A stretch of 64,000 nucleotides of DNA from Lingula anatina. Its lineage: Eukaryota > Animalia > Brachiopoda. The stretch spans positions 11,404,587 through 11,468,586 of the forward strand of contig CM120648.1 in NCBI GenBank assembly GCA_051362555.1, in the 5' to 3' direction. The notes under the pieces are model-generated. The model was not told the DNA's origin. It worked only from the letters and a program-made list of their open reading frames with translations, and ran no database searches. This document shows positions 23,958 through 37,210 of this stretch, piece after piece (the first letter of the stretch is position 1; each line of letters opens with the position of its first letter). A program made the position numbers and the translations under genes.

Positions 23958-25207
23958 TCAGCAAGCGAGAAAATCTTGACATGAACGCTGGCGTCTTAGC
24001 TGGTGGACACTTCGATCTTGTATACTATAGTTAAATGCTGGAGTCTCTGAAAGTAAAAGACAAAATTCACATTCACGAAAGGATCTCTAAGGGTTTGATA
24101 AAGCTGTATGTTATCATTAATTGAGAAATTCATTTCGGTACATATACATTGTAGTGTTATATTATGAAAACCACTAATTATAACGTCTAACCTAAAACGA
24201 ATATACACATGATACCACCACATACTTTATAATTACATTATATTTATTTTCATATACACTGTAACACAACATACTCTGTCTTAAATCTGTCTTAAATACA
24301 TGCGTAAGAAGAATTATAAAAAAGATACCAGTGTTTGGATTTCGTAGAAATTCGCAGAAGTGATATAAAAAAGAAAAAAGAAAAGACAAAAGGACAAAAA
24401 AATGACAGAAGGGTCAATTTTACATAAATATACATGATTTAAGAAAGAAAAATGAAATAATCAATTCGGATTTTGCTGGAGAGGGACTCACAAAATTAGG
24501 GAATGACCTTCCTTCTCTCAGAAAATATGTTTATAACAGAACACGTGGGCAAATTAACAGTAATTTAAAGGGCACTGGAATGGAGAAATTACTTGGTTTT
24601 GTCAGTTTTTTCCCCGGGTAGGTGTTGGATAATTTTGTAATCCGAGCGCTGGAAAATTTAGGTCAAATATCTAAATCCAAAAGTGCGCCCATACGAGCTG
24701 TGAATGTAGATACCTGCATAGTCGTCTTGCTTTGTTTAAGACGGAATAACGCGTTCAGGTCTTTGGGTAGCTGGAAAAATCTTCTTACTTCAGTTTATTG
24801 GCTAACGTGTTTCCTCTGGAAAAATAACAGAAGACAAACTATGTAGGCTAAGCTTCAAGCTGAATATTGACTTCTAAGGGAACGTGTCGTTCACGTCGAT
24901 TAATATCTCCCTATGGTCACTACGCTTTAAATGGGAAATGCCGCATTTTGGAAAAATATCGTCAAATCCAAATACGCAACGTTGACGTATATCATCTATC
25001 CAGTACTTACAACAGACTGATGCAGCTTTCAGTGGCAAATTTTTGGCCTACATGTGGAAATTGTAGCAATGCGGCATGGTGTCCCTTCGTCCTCCATATT
25101 CTGTCGACCTTGGTCCTATCTGAATACTTCTCACCAAAACGCTTACCTGATTTACATAATAATATCGGGATTGTGTTAGAGAAGACAAGATACGATTTAT
25201 ACCCACT
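23958..25207 (-). CDS. Possible extra 3' exons of the SMB-like gene (25207-25147 and 24046-23958)
   Basis: Good splice signals (ttttttag...TCAG/gtaagc; ttttactttcag). Phases 0/1/1 join in frame to a donor after 27636, giving ...SGYKSYLVFSNTIPILLCKS-ETPAFNYSIQDRSVHQLRRQRSCQDFLAC*. No recognisable homology. Confidence 0.3.
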
Positions 25208-25449
25208 CTAAAAAATCACCGTCAAATTACCGTACAAATTACCCATTTGGTCATGTTTATAAATTCGTAAGACAGTAGTTTGACTCAGATAAATGATGCT
25301 ATTCTCATTAGCACAACACAGTTAAAATGCAGTAGTATATAGTGCAAGCACTGTATAAGTGTCATACATACATATAGGCCTATATCTGCACGATTACGAT
25401 ACTGGGTAACAACAATGGGACATAGGCAACATGGCGTCGATCTTGGGAG

Positions 25450-25795
25450 CACGCTTTCCGCTTAGAATATGTATCATATTGTGTTATATATTCATAACTT
25501 TTGGGAAATGTAACATTAAACACAACCAAAGATCATCAAGAAAGAGTAAACACTTAACTTCACAGAGTTGGGAAAGCACGCTGCGATTCTTAATCGGCGG
25601 TGACCTAACGACGACATGAAATCCTCTCTTGTGTGCACGCTCTCCGTTGATAAAATAAAGCGTATTTTGCTTCATATTCATATAGTTTGGAAAACATAAC
25701 ATTAAACACATAAAATAATTATCAGGGAATTAGTACACTTAGCTTCACAGAGTTGGGAAAGCTCACTGCGATCCTGAAACAGTGATGACATGAAG
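25450..25795 (+). repeat. Diverged ~187-bp tandem duplication
   Basis: TAACATTAAACACA, CTTCACAGAGTTGGGAAAGC and GACATGAA recur with the same spacing. Confidence 0.8.
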
Positions 25796-27226
25796 TCGTT
25801 TTTCGTGAGTTACACGCCAAAAAGTGGGGACCGGGTATAGCTAATTTATTTAGCCTCATTTAACATTCATGTGAGCGGGTCATAATGTCATCAGTGGAAA
25901 TCTTCACTCTTTACGCTAAGTGCCTGGACCGAATCTGAATGGGGAAACGAAACTACACGCTAACTGTGGTTTCGTTGTCGTGCGAGTCTGGAGGACACGA
26001 AAAAGGATTGGGTCATAACATCTCTGAATACACGCTCAGATGACAGGATTTCCTTACTCATTGTTGTTTTATGAAAAGCAGACTGTATTTCAGATATTTA
26101 AACCCCGAAATTAAACGATTTTTATAGTTCACGTGTATGGGAGATAATACTTTGTACTGCAGTTGAAAACGGTAACGATATTAACGCACAGCAACCCGGT
26201 TTCGTCACCCATCAAAATTTGCGACGAAGAGCAATTTTTGTTTTTCTCTAGTGTGTGTGCCCTAAAATATGTTTTTCTCAAAACATCAGTTGTAAGTATA
26301 CATAAAATGTTGGGTTCTTTTATGCTTTGTACATTGCGATAAACACAATTATACGTCTTTATCAATCCCAGATGCATGTATTTCTCTTTTACGAACAAGA
26401 ATATGCACAGTCTTAGTGTTCAGTTTTGGTATATTTGGCCAAATGAAAAAAATACTTATTTGCTTTTTTTGTAAGCTAGTCGACACTCGCCCTCAGTTTA
26501 TGAATTCCTTTCTGTTTGCTTTACAATTATAATCTGCTTGCTGACTTCCTTCGGTTCTTCCTTCGGTTTCTGATTACATACTCAGTAGTTTTAAACAATG
26601 CATGAAAGTCCGGGTTTTGAGTATGCCTGTGATTGTCACGACGGTATAGAAATGAAATGAAGATACGATATGAAATTACAAACCTCCTGGGTCACGTAAA
26701 GATATTCTTGACAGCAATGTAGGTTTGTACTTCTCCTTTCAAATAGGAGAGTAAGGTTATTAGTATAAGGACAATGATCCGAAATGCTAATGAGTCGGCT
26801 TCCTTAATTGGCCCTTTGGTAATATCTGAGCGCTTTAATAAATGCTAGAAGATTACTTTACCTTCGAATCAGACAATATTTAGAGGGTGAACCAGAAGTT
26901 TACAACTTCCACGAATGAACCTTTCAAATCAAAGAATTAATAATTCAGCTCTGAACTATATCGGGACATTCATCTATTCAAAAGCGTAGTTGCCCCCGTC
27001 AACTACTGTGCCTGTAGTTTATAACTCCGTTGTTTGACAAAAACGTTTCACTTGTGCTTTAACTTTATTATGATAGTGAAATACATAGTAGGTTTACGAG
27101 TATGTCAATTCGGAGAATTCGCATCTTTTATTTTAACATTAGGCAAATCGCTCCTAACTGCAGTCTTTTTTTTTAATGACCAATTGGATTTTCTGCCATG
27201 CTGTTCATAGTGATCTCACTACTTAA

Positions 27227-27448
27227 ACCCCCTTTACACTGGACGGCGTTCTTTCTGCGTCCTTTATGCGACCATGAAACTGGCATCGCTGTGGTCGTAG
27301 AAAAAGGAGGCACAAGCTTCACTGTGGTTGCAAAATGGGTGCTCAATGATCAGCCAATTGTCGGCACGTAAAGAATTATTATTTTTCTACTGTCAAACGT
27401 TGCCGTACTACAGGACGCAGAAAGAAAGCCGTCCAGCGTAAAAGGAGC
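27227..27448. mobile_element. MITE with ~35-bp imperfect TIRs
   Basis: CCCCCTTTACACTGGACGGCGTTCTTTCTGCGTCC / GGACGCAGAAAGAAAGCCGTCCAGCGTAAAAGGAG with TTAA/TTTA flanks. Confidence 0.75.
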
Positions 27449-27587
27449 TTTACTTTGCTTCACAATAATTTAACCTTTGGCTATCATCCAATAATGATGT
27501 CTTTTTACAAAGTTGTAAGCACTTCGTCAGTAGTAAATAATAGAGAGAGTTGACTGTGTGCGCATGCCCTTCCCTCTGATGTTTAAA

Positions 27588-29539
27588 TTACAACTCAACT
27601 CTGCCAAATTTTATGATCAGTATAAATGGCCATACCCAATGGCGGACATATCCCCCGGAACACTGAAGAGTTGGCGGAATGCCATTTACAAGAGAAGGCG
27701 TGGTCAAAGGGGGCTCTACGAGTTGCCCGGATGTACGATTGCGCATTACGGTTAAAGTATAGTCGGCACCATTTATTGTAACATGAGAGTAATGGCGCTG
27801 TACAAAGACCGCCATTTGATCCTCGAACTGCTCAAACAAACGCAAACCTTCATTGGCATTTTTAACAGTTTTCTTTAGTTTGACTGGAACCCAAAGAGTG
27901 GCGTTGGTATTGTCAACAGTCGGTTTGTCGCACCTCATTCTGCCATTTGGGTTTGCCGTGTACTTCCACGCCCCCCTAGGATGAAAATGAGATAAATCCT
28001 CCGCCAGCAAATGGTCGATGTAACAATTTTCCAATGAACACAATGCCTTCAGAGAGTTTTTAGGGGTCAATCTTATGATCAAATAGTACCTCACATTAAA
28101 TATTCCATAAAGGGGCATGAGGCAACTTATGTCCGACTCTGAACATTGACTGCAGGATTTCTGAAAGAGATCAAGCATATGTATACAGACTGGACATTTA
28201 AACGGATTTTTCCCAAATAATTTATTTTGATTTTTTCCCTATTTTTGTGGTTAATTAATGAAAACAAGGATTGAAATAGTGTTTTAAAGTTTTAATAATC
28301 TCTTTGTGATAATCTCTCTGTGATATCAGCTCTTTCATTGAACTCTGTGCTGTTCTAGACGTACAAATGATGGAGTGAACTTGTATATAAAAGCAAAAAT
28401 AAACTATTATAGCACTTAAGAATTGTTTCCCACATTTTAAGGGCTCACTCCCATTGAAACAATCAGTCTACGTAGATTGACTGCAACTCTCGCTGAATAC
28501 AATCATCTGAATACAATCAGTTTTACAGTTAGGCACGTCTCCTTTTGTATCCATCTTACTCGTACATAAATACTTACTTACTAGCGTTTCTGTATAACTC
28601 AACACCAGGAGGAATCGTGTACATCTGTAAAGCTGATTGCATTCAGCGAGAGTCCCCACAAAGCTGGATCGATCTACGTAGTCCGATATTTTCAGTGGGA
28701 GTTATCCCTAAGTCACAGTTATTTTTATCGAAATTTTGAACAGTAAAAACGTTAAATGTTCTCTTAGACACAACTAAATAGTATATGTATGTACGTGTGT
28801 CTGATTCAAATGGACGCCATCAGGCAAATAAAGTAATCTGCTCAACTAAATAATGGAATTATGCTCTCCTCCTGCTGCGGTTCTGTGGGGGAAAAATCAT
28901 AGTTCCCCTTTTTCACCGAGTGATTCATGTAAAAAATATAATCCTTTCAAGTTCTTCTTAACGTTTAAAGCTACTGGTGGAATGTAACTCTATTCACCTC
29001 TGCTCCGGAAGTGGCTCAAAGAATTAGAAACGTCAGACTCAAAAACCTGTTTGATATTAGTCGTAATTTTGTTGACGAGTTCGGGGACAGTGTTGGAATT
29101 TCAAGGAAAGATCAACTTAAATTGTATAAATACTCTGGCGCTCATTCTGTTTCTTCCACGAAAATAAGAAATATCGGTTAAAATGTATAAATGACATAGG
29201 TATACAACTACACATAAAATAAGTCTTACCTCGTTTTTCTTCTCTCGGCACGACAGCTCCCTCTCAAAATCTATTATGGCAGAGAAACCGTTTGGGTCAA
29301 ATGATTTTATATAAGTTTGATCTACAAAAGAAAGTAGTATAAAATGAAGTTAATCATTAAAGAATAAATTCATGAACCTTAGTTATCATTTACGGTTGAT
29401 GAAACGTTGAAAATGAACCAACAAGAAATAATTCTCAATTTATCTTGAAATTTCAAATCAATGATATTTTATCCACCTATAAAAAACAAAAAGGGGTAGG
29501 ATTATGCCTATTGTTTCTTGACTGCATGATTGCTTATTC

Positions 29540-29590
<51 letters not shown>

Positions 29591-30589
29591 GTAAATATAT
29601 CAGAATCGTATAACATAAACGTCTCGGAGGTGTTAATAAATATTCTAACTTTAAAAGCCTATAACCACTTGGATTAATTTGAATTAATAAAAGGAATAAA
29701 AGCTAAAAAGACATAATATTGACCGTAAGATTTTAAAATTTCTCTCTTTAATGGCGCATTTCAAAACGTGGGAAGAACGTCTTGGTGCTCATACCAGTAG
29801 TCGTACTTAGTCTAACCATTATATACGACATATAGGGGTACTGTAATTATGTATTTACGTCTAAATTGCGATGCCTTTTATGCGTCTCCATGTTTTTCAA
29901 GCGTCCGAAGAACACCTTTTTGTAAATCTCAGATGGCCGCACGTGGCTAATATACCATGTATTTACCAATCAATCGCAACGGTTTTCAGGGGCCTTGATG
30001 AAGTATTGCATAACGTTTAAGCGCGTTTTGGTATCGGACTTGTGTCTTCTACTCACCAAGATATTAGGAAAGCCTTTGGAAAGCATTTTATACAACATTA
30101 AAGAGACCTCTTGAAACGTTTCCTATACCAGATGACGTAAAGGTGTCTTTGTTACCAGAGCAGTGTTTGACTGGAGCGCATCACTTGCGAGAATCAGATA
30201 TAAAGCTTGAGGTTTAATGTAAACGCAAATAGGCGACCAATGCTTGGAACGCCCGAGGGCAGCAAAAGTTACCAAGCTTCCCTGGTCACCGTGCATGGTG
30301 GAAGCGTCGAATTTCGATCGATGTTAACAGGGCATAAGAGAACGGTCTTCAAAGGGATAATAACTCTTCATATGAGATCTATATTTCACAATAAAAACAT
30401 TGTGAATAACTCACAGAAATATAATATATTCTGTTTTACCACAAAAACGGTAGTTATAGCTATTATTCTGATATCTGAGCTTGTCTTTAGACCACGTGAC
30501 CTCCATTGATAGCTGCCCTACTCTGTTAAAATCTCTTAAGAGGGCAGTAAAAGTTAAGAGATTTTAACAAAAAACCAAACTTTTAAGAA

Positions 30590-30636
<47 letters not shown>

Positions 30637-32083
30637 AGGGACTAACTTTGAATGTAAAAGTAGATTCATTAACCATTGGTAAGTATGGGAATATTGTTGT
30701 TTACTCCAGGAAAATTAATTTTATGGCCGAAACGAAGAGTTATTATCCCTTTAAATATACAACGGCTTAATGTAAAATCTGAACCCTTATTGTACTTCTA
30801 AAGGATTGACAGAACTTACCGTCTTCACAGTCCTCAATCTTTAGTCGTGAAGGAGACCGTACTTGGCAAGGCAAGCAGAAAATATTGCGTCCATACCGAT
30901 AACTTAGGGTATTTGCCATAAAGGTCAAGGTCACAGGACCCGACCCACACAAATTGGCCAGTTCAGCGTTGCTTCCGACATCGCACTGTCCGTCATAGGA
31001 TCCGGACGCCAGGTCGTGTTTTCCCTCAGAACCGATGCACGGTCGACCCGGATATTCAACCGGGTTTTCGAAGAATAACGTACAATCTTTTGTCTTTATG
31101 ATTTGGTTTACAATTTGCGCCGTGGTTGTTGCGTTCAGAAAGGTTTCAATCTGTGTCCTTTCGCAAGCAATTTTCGGTGTCCATGTCTGGTAATTCTCGA
31201 CGCCATGACATGCCGCACAATACTTATTTTTAAACGTGATATTGGCATCGGTTGAAGAGACTGGGAGAATAAGTTCCAGATCATTGGAGTGCTCTTTCAG
31301 TTCACATTTTTCACGTACTGTGTCATTTGGCCATTTGTCTGGGCACGAAGATACCACCCAATAGTTCTTACTGTGAATGTTCCATATTTCTCTGGTGCTC
31401 TGCAGCCAGCATTCTGTATTATTCTGCACTAAGTCAATCCCCGTCACTTTGGTGTTGTTGCAGTGGCGATAGTATGGCCAACAACAATCGCCGAAAATGC
31501 CACAAATGTCGTCACAATAACATGTGATGTGGACAGAATTTCTGGTAAATGTTACCTGGTTTGTTGACACATCCACCAGGGTAGCACAAAACTGACGATT
31601 CACGGGGATTAGATGAGTCGACGAATCTGGCGACAATAGATCCTCAAGCATTACTTTTAAAGGGTCTGTAATCATTGACACTGTGGTGTTCGGCAGATGG
31701 TCATTGAATTTGTTAGTTTGGATGGTAGCGAAAACATCTTTTATTCTACTCGTCGTCGTCGTGTTGTTTTCTCCAGATTCAGTGATGTTTCTTAGTATGC
31801 TGCCCTCGGTAACCTGTCCCCCATGGTCACTGGAATTCTTCCGAACATGTGCCGATGGTATTGCGACGGTCGTAGGTTTACGGACAACTTTATTTGTATT
31901 TGGGGTCGTTATTCCCGCACCAATCGCATTGGAATACCTGCTATTAGTAGTCGTCTTTATCGTGCTCCCAAAAACCTTGGGAGCATCCCCAACTGCAGTT
32001 TGTGCGACGGCTCTTCTGAATCTTTTGGGATTCGGATCCCAATTCACCAAGAGACAAATCAACAGAACAAATGGGACTCTCAT
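27588..32083 (-). CDS. Secreted-type protein: signal peptide, Thr-rich mucin stalk, somatomedin-B-like and Cys-rich modules (ectodomain type of invertebrate adhesion/Methuselah-like GPCRs); 3' end uncertain
   Basis: Exons 32083-30820 (donor gtaagt), 29321-29230 (DQTYIKSFDPNGFSAIIDF..., donor gtaaga) and 28160-27588 (acceptor tctctttcag) are phase-consistent and give 642 aa. Motifs: CYCDDICGIFGDCCWPYYRHC, YWVVSSCP, PVSS...TFKNKYCAACHGV, RNIFCLPC. An alternative 3' end uses a donor after 27636 plus exons 25207-25147 and 24046-23958. Confidence 0.75.
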
Positions 32084-32924
32084 GCCGAAATGCTATAACA
32101 CAAAGACCTCTGCTGTAGTAGCTCTTCTGCGTGAAAGGAATCGAGGGTAAGTTTTAGCTGACAACCGTTATATTTACCCGTTAGCCACGAACAATGTTTC
32201 CTGGTAACTACTCCTCCTTTCATGTGTAAGGACACGCATGCGATTTGTCAAAGCCATGTTTACTAGATATGCGATATGCACTTTTAACAAGTCGAATCAA
32301 ACCCTAGCGACTTACACAAAAGGTCATTTGCATACTACTTGTTATATCAAATAACGCCTTGCGAAACTGATCTGGTTAATTAGTTGACTGACATTTCTGA
32401 ATCTATTGTCTTCTCTTTTTCTTTCTAGCGCTATGCAAACAATAATATAGAATGACAAGAACGTGCAGATCCTCTTGCTTAGAGGTATATTATTACCCGT
32501 TGAGGGTGGGGGTTGGGGGGGGGGGGAGGTAAAGGGGACTTGAACATGTGTAGTCCATTTTCATTATGAATTCGCTGTATGCATACTGTTTACACGGGCC
32601 ATCTTTTAAAACAAAAAGGTAGTGTTTTTTGAGACTTTTACTGACAATTTGTTTCAAATTGTTGAGTCAGGATTTGAAATAAAATAACCACAATAATATA
32701 ACCTTTCATTGGAACTCTGGTTAAACAGATTGATATAATCAAGTATAAACAGTACTTATTTATTCAAAATAGACTTTTGAAGAAGAGAGTAGGCAAGAGA
32801 CATTCAAAATTGCGAACTGAAAATGATCCGCAGGTACACCTCCGTCAGAGCAAACTCACATGAAGATCTCATTGTGTAGAAGAATTACCAAAATATCTAA
32901 ATCATATGCAAAGTGATATTTACG

Positions 32925-33070
32925 GCCGGTGTAACGAAACTGAAGGTCCGTGTGACAGAAACCCCCCCCCCCCTCCATATAGTTATAATGGTTAAGGTTT
33001 GTCTGACCTAAGCGGGTCAAAATCTAGGGCGAGGCTCACCTGTACAAATGAATGGGAAGCAGACTCTCTG
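32925..33070. repeat. Interspersed repeat; inverted copy at ~36130-36440 is interrupted by the 36227 MITE
   Basis: CTTCCCATTCA.TTGTACAGGT.AGCCT...TTTTGACCC.CTTAGGTCAG is shared in opposite orientation. Confidence 0.8.
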
Positions 33071-34817
33071 TTATGGAAGACTATCTGTCACGCTAAATTT
33101 TGAAGATACGCCAACTGTTTATCTCAGCACAGCAAGATGTAACAGGACGATAGCTCGGGTTTGATACTGTCTTTTTTCTAATACAAATATCTGAAAGAGT
33201 ACTAGAACAATGATTTCAACTATTCCAGCCTGCAACGTCCGCCTGACGTTCAGGTGCAAGTGCAAATGGTGTATGGGGCGCGGTCTTCAAACCCGTGACA
33301 TCCACGGACGCAAACGACACACACCGAACACAACCACAACTAACACAACATATTAGGGACTCAAACCTTACAAAGATAATAACGTAACTGTTTTAACAAG
33401 GAATAAAATGGTTTTCTCCAGAGAAATGTACTTTTGTTTTTCTCCTTTGAATTGGGCGAGTGGGTTAATGGTAGGCCTATAAAGACAATGTTGTTAAATA
33501 TAGATAAGTCGACTAGTGTAATTGGCCGTTTTATGACTGTAAAGTGCCACTTTCGAAACAGTGAACCCTTTTTCGTTGTAAAATATATGTAGCAGCAAAT
33601 TTTGTTTTACTATTTGCGAGCATACGCGTAGACTCTTGTCTGAAAGGAATTCTACATGTTTGCATACTTGTGAATTTCGCGAAGGTCATATCTTAGAGTC
33701 TGGTTTGTGCATTTTAATGTGAACTGTTACGCCATTGAAGGTGTGTGAAAACAATGAGTGAATTGTATTCGATCTTTGTACCAACCTTTGGGCATTCGTA
33801 TATTTATAGGACTATGTCCATGTTATTTCATCTTTGGCTGCTTACAGAAGAGTCATTCTACGCATTGAGCAAATCCTAATTAGCTCGATGTATTTCTCGA
33901 CAATTTTTACTTCCTGGTCTGATCTTGAGGTCCTGGTTTTCTAGGGGAGTTTCACAGAACTCGGGCTTGAGCAACTTAATCAACATGTGAAATGGGTGTT
34001 GATTTCATTATGCAATTCCAATGGCCGAATACCCTAGTCAAGCAATCAACTTAAATATATTGTACACTGCTTCTATTATCAGTAGTGCAGTTCCAAAACG
34101 CCGCTGCGAAACCACTTTTGTTAGAACGCTCGATAAACATGTACAAAGAGACACAGTTTATATAAAAAAGCGATTCATAACCGGTTTGCAACCGGCTTTA
34201 GTGAAAGCTCCTTAAAGAGCCTCGCCAAACATGTTTTCGTCATATTCGTTTGCCTTCAAACACGTGCTTCTTTATGGCTATATAAGGAGAAACCAGAGCA
34301 TACAAACTGGACCAGTAAGCAACCCAATCAAACGTCTCCAACTTGTACCTGTGCACTGCCAAAAGCTTTATAAAATCACCGCTATCCATGCAGTAAATAT
34401 TTACGTGACATTGTCAGTTTATGCAAGAACGAGGATGGAAGTCCTTGGTTTATGTTACTCTTTTACTTTTTTATTTTTTAGAAATTAGAAAAACACATTG
34501 ACCACATGAGTAAACCTTTACCATTTACGTAATTGTGGAAAGGTAATCGCGTTTCTTTTGATAGTGAAACAGGTTATTCGTGAAATTGCAACTGAGTGAA
34601 ATTTACATATTTTCAGTTTGGAATAATTTACAGTTGAGGTCAATTAATGCTAGAAAGGCAAAGATGGCAACATTTTTTTGCGTTACAATTCTTTTCTTTT
34701 GTTTTGTTTTTCTTTTGAAAGAAGACGATTTACAAGTATGTGATCTTATTTCAAATAGCACAAGTGTACATGAAAATGCAAATTATAAGCAACTTCTCCA
34801 AGCAGCAAGCGGAAACA

Positions 34818-34858
<41 letters not shown>

Positions 34859-35067
34859 AGACGGTCAAAAATAGAGGATGGATCAACAAATATATATAAG
34901 TTGGAAGACTGTCAGAAAATATCTCTGGATCCGCCCCTGGATGCAGTGTATGCAGCGGCGAAGGAAGGAAATTTTCGTCTTGAGGGGCAACGGGACAATA
35001 AGGTATTTAAGGTATTGAAAAACAGTTAAGTGGAGTCTCGGCAGGCGGCGCTATATATTGCAGACTT

Positions 35068-35468
35068 TTTACCTCCGCCAAGGAGGTTATGTTTTCACTC
35101 TATTTGTTTGTTTGTTTGTCATCAACATAACTCAAAACGTTATGCATGAATTTCGATGGAATTTTCAGAGTAGGTCAGAAATAGGTTAACTTAGAAGTGA
35201 TTAGTTTTGGTGGTGATCTGGATCAATAATCAACCAATAACAAAAATAAAAAACTAAGTTGTGGACCGATTTTGATGAATTTTCAGGAACTGTCAGAAGT
35301 GGGCCAAGGAACAGATGATTAGTTTTTGGTGGTGATCCGGATCAATAATCAATCAAAAATAAAAAAAAAACTAAATCATTGTAGAATGAATATTTAGGGG
35401 TGAAACGGCACTGGATGAAGACTTTGCTGTCTTGGCGGAGGTCTGCGCTCTCGGAGTGCTTTTCTAGT
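35068..35468 (+). mobile_element. Non-autonomous Helentron/HINE (DINE-1-like) rolling-circle element
   Basis: Subterminal IR CCTCCGCCAAG/CTTGGCGGAGG, 5' hairpin ACCTCCGCCAAGGAGGT, (GTTT)n, two internal ~120-bp core repeats (GGTGGTGATC.GGATCAATAATCAA), 3' hairpin GCGCTCTCGGAGTGC then CTAG, inserted in a T-run. Confidence 0.8.
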
Positions 35469-35879
35469 TCATAAATACAGTTAGCTTTGAGAAGGCTTCA
35501 GATTCCAAGGACAGATTCCATATATCGGTGCAACTTCTACCCTTGTTCTATATGATATCGTTAGTCGATGAGGCACGGAAGAAGGAATGCAACAACAGGA
35601 GTCAACTTTTCTCAGTCTTTATTTCTCTCTTCTTTTTTTTTTTTTTTTTTTTTTTGTCTCTCTCCACCTACTCAGTCCCACGACATTTTCATCTGACTCT
35701 CCTAAATAAAAAAACCTGAACTTATTAAATTAATTAAATAAGTTAACAAAACATTCATTTATTAAACACAGTTCCAGATTAACCAGGTGTTATAACTTAA
35801 TAGATTTAGGATAGTATATAATCATGTGTGTTTATAATGTGCTGCTGCACTGGTGTAACGAGACAGAGAGACCATTCCC

Positions 35880-36105
35880 AGACCCTATCGTACAAACTTT
35901 GGATCAAACTATCTCTAGGGGGATTCTAGCTAAATTGCAAGTAACATGAGTGGCTTGGATGTCTACTGAAGCTGATAGGGGGTAATTAACTATCGTTTAA
36001 TGGTTTTAGTGGGCGTCCCAAATATCTAAGCCGCTTGAGATGAAAGCAATTTGGAGAGGGATCCCCTGGAGATGGATCGAACCTGTTAGAACGATCTAGG
36101 GATGG
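35880..36105. mobile_element. Diverged family B-related MITE
   Basis: Retains AGGGGGTAATTAACT, GGGCGTCC..AAATATCTAAGCCG and GATGGATCGA segments. Confidence 0.5.
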
Positions 36106-36226
36106 GAACCCGGTCAAGGGGTTCCCCATGATAGAGAGTCTTCTTCCCATTCAGTTGTACAGGTAAGCCTTACCTTAGCTTTTGACCCACTTAGGTCAGG
36201 CTAACCCTTTGCATTATAACTAAATG

Positions 36227-36393
36227 CAGGGGCGGATTTAGGCCGTCTTCTGGGTCTTCCGGAAGATGGTCAGATCTTCAAGTTTACATTGAAGGGTGTC
36301 TAATTTTTCCGTCGGAAGACGGTCAAATATGAAGAATGGAACAACAAAGATAATTTGGAAGACTGTCAGAAAATATCTATGAATCCATCCCTG
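36227..36393. mobile_element. CAGGGGCGGATT-type MITE, 5-bp TSD AAATG, nested in another repeat
   Basis: CAGGGGCGGATTTA...TGAATCCATCCCTG with AAATG on both sides. The 3' half of the same family is at 34857-34939. Confidence 0.85.
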
Positions 36394-36760
36394 AAATGGA
36401 GGGCGGACTTTCTGTTACAGGAGCCACAGTTTCATTACACCAGTATGCATACTGTCATTCAACTCACTGATAATCTTCTTAAATTTCCTATGATAATCTT
36501 TTGCCCTAACCAGTAAGATAAACCGCACAATACATTCTTGGTAGTTAGATCTAGACTTGGAAACTAATACTAGATTTCTTTTGACATTATTTTCAAAACT
36601 GTGCTCAAAGATATCATGGATATAATTTCTCTTATTTCAACTAGTGTGACTCCTAAAATGCAACATTCAATTTTTTTCATAATTAATCAGAATATTCCTA
36701 CACAGCCATGTAAATACAACACATATATTACATGTTTACAGTAATAATAATTACAACACC

Positions 36761-37100
36761 TGGGCCCAGTTTTATAAAGGACGTTTAGCACTAACCAGTG
36801 GATAAGCCTAACCAGTGGATAAATTCTCCTAACACCCATTCACTAAAAGACGGTTAAAACGCGTTTCATATACAATGTTCAAACAGCCAATTAGGTAACT
36901 GGTCAGTGTTAAACTGGATAAAATAATTATTTAAAGGTCAGTTAACTAACGGACTGTTTAAACACTGTTTATGAAACACAATTTCATCCGTCGTTTAGTT
37001 GACAGGGTTTAGGAGAATTTATCCACTGGTTAGTGGATAAATCTGTAAATCCAGTAAAATCTGTGTACCTTAAATCCTTGCACACAATAAGGGCATTACT

Positions 37101-37164
<64 letters not shown>

Positions 37165-37210
37165 AGAGTTTAATTAGAGTTAAACACTGGTTAGTGCTAA
37201 ACGTCCTTTA
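36761..37210. mobile_element. Foldback MITE with nested internal inverted repeats
   Basis: TAAAGGACGTTTAGCACTAACCAGTG / CACTGGTTAGTGCTAAACGTCCTTTA, with internal CCAGTGGATAAATTCTCCTAA / TTAGGAGAATTTATCCACTGG. Confidence 0.8.

Noticed and set aside
26129-26398. 89-aa minus-strand ORF as a possible extra SMB-gene exon
   Set aside because: No convincing acceptor/donor pair and no recognisable motif.
28468-28659. Cys-containing minus-strand ORF inside the SMB-like gene
   Set aside because: No consistent splice sites are needed or found; exons 29230 and 28160 already join in phase. Only a short TGCAGTCAAT similarity to the next exon start.
31683-32150. 155-aa hydrophobic + strand ORF
   Set aside because: Antisense shadow of the Thr-rich exon of the SMB-like gene.
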